Shown here: positions 61,271 to 64,000 of the stretch, piece after piece | Layout: every line of letters starts with the position of its first letter | How positions within the stretch are numbered: the stretch's first letter is position 1 | Assembly (NCBI GenBank): GCA_963710755.1 | Contig: CAVQBK010000005.1 | Location: 64,001-128,000 of the forward strand | Reading direction: 5' to 3' | Source: an uncultured bacterium | Lineage (GTDB): Bacteria; Oederibacteriota; JAAXVQ01; JAUVAV01 | DNA: 64,000 bases | Program-made: the position numbers and the translations under genes | The notes under the pieces: model-generated | Database searches by the model: none | The model's input: the letters and a program-made list of their open reading frames with translations, nothing else | Told to the model about the DNA's origin: nothing

Positions 61271-61300
61271 TTGACAAGCGGTGAAGGATGATGTTAGATT
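61271..61300 (+). promoter_or_regulatory. Promoter of rpsT
   Basis: TTGACA-18 bp-TAGATT with extended -10 TG. Confidence 0.6.
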
Positions 61301-61369
61301 GTTTCGTTTTTAAATAAGGCTTTCACCAGAATAGAAATAATCGAACTCGAGGGAGGAAGGATTTTACAT

Positions 61370-61624
61370 ATGCCAAGAATTAAATCTTCAATCAAAGATG
61401 TTAAAAAGAACAGGGCGCAGCGGGAAACCAACCGCCAGAGCCGTTCCCAGCTGAAAACCGCAATCCGTAAAGTTAAAGAAGCTGCCCCGGAAAGTCAAGC
61501 CGGAGCTTTGAGCAATGCTTATCATGTCATCGACAAAGCTGTTAAATCGGGCTTGATCAAGAAAAATAACGGCGCCCGTAAAAAATCGCGTTTAACCAAG
61601 GGCATTGCCAAGAAAGCAGCCTGA
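61370..61624 (+). CDS. rpsT: 30S ribosomal protein S20
   Basis: MPRIKSSIK, IDKAVKSGLIKKNNGARKKSRL. Confidence 0.95.
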   Translation: MPRIKSSIKDVKKNRAQRETNRQSRSQLKTAIRKVKEAAPESQAGALSNAYHVIDKAVKSGLIKKNNGARKKSRLTKGIAKKAA

Positions 61625-61658
61625 GCTGCTTGTTAAATACTGTTCTTCCTCGATCTCA

Positions 61659-62696
61659 TTAAGCCCGGCTGCTTTGCGCCGGGCTTCTTTTTTGTCCACA
61701 CCATTTCATGATAGTCAGTTGCAAGGCCATCAGCCAATGCTGATCCCCTGATTTGGCCCTCACATCGAGATCCAAAAGGCCGGTAAAAACCTGGTTAAAT
61801 TCTTCCAACTTATACGCCTGAAGTTGCTGTTCCATTTCCTTTTTGGCCTGAGGATTGCGATAACCGGCCAGGACCTTGGCGGCCTCGTTACCACGGCTCA
61901 ATTTGCTTTTCAACTGATACAAGTTGCGGAAGTGCCAGGTCAAAGACCCCAGTACCTGCAGCGGCGCCAAGCCTTCTTCCAGCACACGTTCCGCCAGATT
62001 AAAAGCCCTGGACAGATCCTTTAATCCGCAAGCCGTATTTAATGCATAGGTGGTCTCATGGCGCAGATCGCCGGCCGCTGCCTTAACATGGTCTTCAGTG
62101 ATAATCATTTCCTGTCCTACATAATTGACCAGTTTGATGATTTCATTATCCAAGTCGCCCAGGTGCTGACCGACTTTTTCAATCAACAGAGGCAAGGCCT
62201 CGCGGCTGATACGCTTGCCATGGTCGGCAATACGCCGCTCCACCCAGGACGGTACTTGATTATCAAATAAGGGATAACATTCCACATGATAGGCTTTATC
62301 GGCCAACTTGTTCCAGGGTTGGGTTTTAAGCCGTTCTTCAGGCGAGGCCAAAATCACGACCGAGCTCTCGGCCGGCGACTGGGCATAATGAGTCATGGAT
62401 TCCAAATCAGCGTTTTTCCACTTGTCCGCCTGGCGCACCACCAACACCCGCCGTTGTCCCAGAAAAGGCAGGGTTTGAGCCCGCTCCACCAGGGCTCGGC
62501 CCGTTACATCGGTGCCGGCATATAGGATTTCCAAATTCATCTGTCGTTCCGAGGGCTCCAAGGCTTTTTCAATGATAGCCTGAACGCCCTGTTCCTGCAG
62601 AAATGCTTCCGCGCCGGTAAATAGATAAACCGGTTTGAGGGGTTCCGCATCCAGGCTGCGGCGAAATTCATTGTAATAAATGCGCTTTTTGGCCAC
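61659..62696 (-). CDS. holA: DNA polymerase III delta subunit
   Basis: PVYLFTGAE, TLPFLGQRRVLVV, NEIIKL; leuS-lptE-holA synteny. Confidence 0.9.
   Translation of the reverse strand: MAKKRIYYNEFRRSLDAEPLKPVYLFTGAEAFLQEQGVQAIIEKALEPSERQMNLEILYAGTDVTGRALVERAQTLPFLGQRRVLVVRQADKWKNADLESMTHYAQSPAESSVVILASPEERLKTQPWNKLADKAYHVECYPLFDNQVPSWVERRIADHGKRISREALPLLIEKVGQHLGDLDNEIIKLVNYVGQEMIITEDHVKAAAGDLRHETTYALNTACGLKDLSRAFNLAERVLEEGLAPLQVLGSLTWHFRNLYQLKSKLSRGNEAAKVLAGYRNPQAKKEMEQQLQAYKLEEFNQVFTGLLDLDVRAKSGDQHWLMALQLTIMKWCGQKRSPAQSSRA
61661..61693 (+). terminator. Terminator of rpsT, overlapping the holA 3' end
   Basis: AAGCCCGGC-loop-GCCGGGCTT followed by CTTTTTT. Confidence 0.7.
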
Positions 62697-62698
62697 CC

Positions 62699-63220
62699 CT
62701 AAAATCCTTCCACCACACGTCTTAGGATACGCTGGCTGATTTGTTCAATCAAACGCTTGCGCGCAACAGACTCACTTTCCGGTGGAATCCCCATACTATT
62801 GGCCACATAATAAGTGGTGCTGTCTTGGAAGTCATCTTCCACCCACACATTTTGCCCGGCCTTGGTGTCCTTCAGAGTCAGGCGCAGCACCAACCGCATC
62901 TTGTACTGCTGTGGTGTATTGTGTACATCCAAAAGCAGAGGATCCAGGGAATAACGAACGATGGTGCCCTGCAGGATAGCTGTGGCCTTGTCAGGATCGA
63001 CCAAAGTCATGCGCCCGTCAATTAAAAAATCCTGAACCACTTGCTGGGTCAATTCGGATGCCAGATTAGGCTGATTGGTCCGGTTTTGAAACGTGGGAAT
63101 CGCCAAATTCACCATATAATCAGGCAAACCGGGACGCATGGTTACATCCGTGCAACCGGCGATCACCAACAGCCCAATGAACATAAGCGCCCAACGGATT
63201 TTTCCTTTTCCTAATAACAT
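62699..63220 (-). CDS. lptE: LPS assembly lipoprotein LptE-like
   Basis: Lipobox IAGC, LAIPTFQNRT; located between leuS and holA. Confidence 0.8.
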   Translation of the reverse strand: MLLGKGKIRWALMFIGLLVIAGCTDVTMRPGLPDYMVNLAIPTFQNRTNQPNLASELTQQVVQDFLIDGRMTLVDPDKATAILQGTIVRYSLDPLLLDVHNTPQQYKMRLVLRLTLKDTKAGQNVWVEDDFQDSTTYYVANSMGIPPESESVARKRLIEQISQRILRRVVEGF

Positions 63221-63399
63221 TCTGCTCCTCCCGAGAAATGTAATAAAGGGCGCAAGCAGGGTGGTTGTGCCCCTATCCTAAACCGGTCAAGCCGGAAAAA
63301 AGCTATTCCTCACGCCTACCCATACCGGCCACAAGCAGCCGCAAAGGACGCAAAGTCAAAGGCAATAGGGCTTGTCCTTTTTGGCGATAGTCTTTGATG

Positions 63400-63427
63400 G
63401 TAGAGGCTTAGTATGTTGAACCTCTAG
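63400..63427. repeat. 28-bp GTAG-type REP-like palindrome
   Basis: GTAGAGGCTTAGTATGTTGAACCTCTAG. Confidence 0.6.
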
Positions 63428-63463
63428 CTCCACGATACTGGGTCGTAATTAGAGGTTTAAGAC

Positions 63464-63547
63464 CGTCATCCCCTTATGCTCCCAAACGGTATCCAGAAAA
63501 GCTTTTAAACTGAAGGACACTGGATTCCGGCTTTCGCCGGAATGACG
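63464..63547 (-). repeat. 84-bp palindromic intergenic element, copy 2
   Basis: CGTCATTCCGGCGAAAGCCGGAATCCAG...GGAGCATAAGGGGATGACG, colinear with 32772-32855. Confidence 0.8.
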
Positions 63548-63654
63548 ATAAAATAACATTGTGACACGGTCTCTACCACAGTCGGAATTACGCACAGCAT
63601 CTATGCAAAAAACGTTATTCTGCCGATACAAATCCAAACATGCTGCTGTCGTTA

Positions 63655-64000
63655 TTATAATACCATATTAACCAATTTGCCGGGCACCACAATGATTTTC
63701 TTCGGTGCCTGTCCTTGCAAAGCTTCCTTGATTTTCTCATCGGCCAGAGCCTGCCTCTGCATGTCCTCTTGGCCAATATCAGCGGCACACTGCATGCGGC
63801 TTCTGACCTTGCCATTAATCTGGATAACCACGGTCAGCGACTCTTCCGCTGCCGCCGCTTGGTCGGCCTCGGGCCAGGGTTGGTGAAATACCGTGGGCGC
63901 CTGGCCCAGGGCTTCCCAGAATTCCTCCGCCAAATGAGGAAAAAAAGGCGCGCATAATTTGGCCATGGTCTCGCCCGCTTCCCGCAGCACGGCCGCTGTG
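63655..64000 (-). CDS. leuS: Leucine--tRNA ligase, 3' end (partial)
   Basis: APFFPHLAEEFW, VIQINGKVR, KKIIVVPGKLVNMV. Confidence 0.95.
   Translation of the reverse strand, partial: TAAVLREAGETMAKLCAPFFPHLAEEFWEALGQAPTVFHQPWPEADQAAAAEESLTVVIQINGKVRSRMQCAADIGQEDMQRQALADEKIKEALQGQAPKKIIVVPGKLVNMVL

Noticed and set aside
63335-63400. GGACGCAAAG as a possible c-di-GMP-I riboswitch
   Set aside because: No GGCAAACC-GAAA P2 stem or P3 tetraloop receptor, and wrong orientation for lptE; better explained as a repeat remnant
430-63957. Numerous 60-230 aa ORFs antisense or out of frame to the called genes
   Set aside because: Shadow ORFs of long coding sequences, with no motifs or RBS

Overview
Chromosomal backbone of a diderm (LPS-producing), probably anaerobic bacterium from a poorly characterised lineage. 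The lpxC-fabZ fusion, mcsAB-clpC inside an envelope operon and the giant signal-peptide protein suggest an Elusimicrobiota/Omnitrophota/FCPU426-type organism (inference only). Most genes are housekeeping and on the minus strand: smc; lysS-lolE-lolD-mcsA-mcsB-clpC-tamB-bamA-skp-lpxD-lpxC/fabZ-lpxA-lpxI; secDF; rsmD; recG; ridA; rel; ogt; murJ; leuS-lptE-holA. rpmB and rpsT are on the plus strand. Three accessory units stand out. (1) A 2815-aa predicted exported protein between rel and ridA: a putative TraB/Tiki/EreA-like N-terminal domain, two membrane modules with CPBP-protease-like E..FxxxH..HxxxN motifs, and between them HEAT-like repeats plus a PPDK-type dikinase lacking its pyruvate domain. 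(2) A likely operon of PQQ-repeat lipoprotein, HAMP pseudo-cyclase, J-TPR co-chaperone and a lid-less Hsp70 with a MinD-like tail, upstream of an MshEN-domain gene. (3) A group 3b [NiFe] hydrogenase operon between murJ and rpsT. Also seen: an apparently kinase-dead McsB, tandem NrdR-like boxes before smc, a frameshifted YvlD-like gene, and families of small palindromic repeats, one inserted in frame in the giant gene. No rRNA, tRNA, CRISPR array or transposase was recognised. All calls come from reading motifs by eye; no database search was run.
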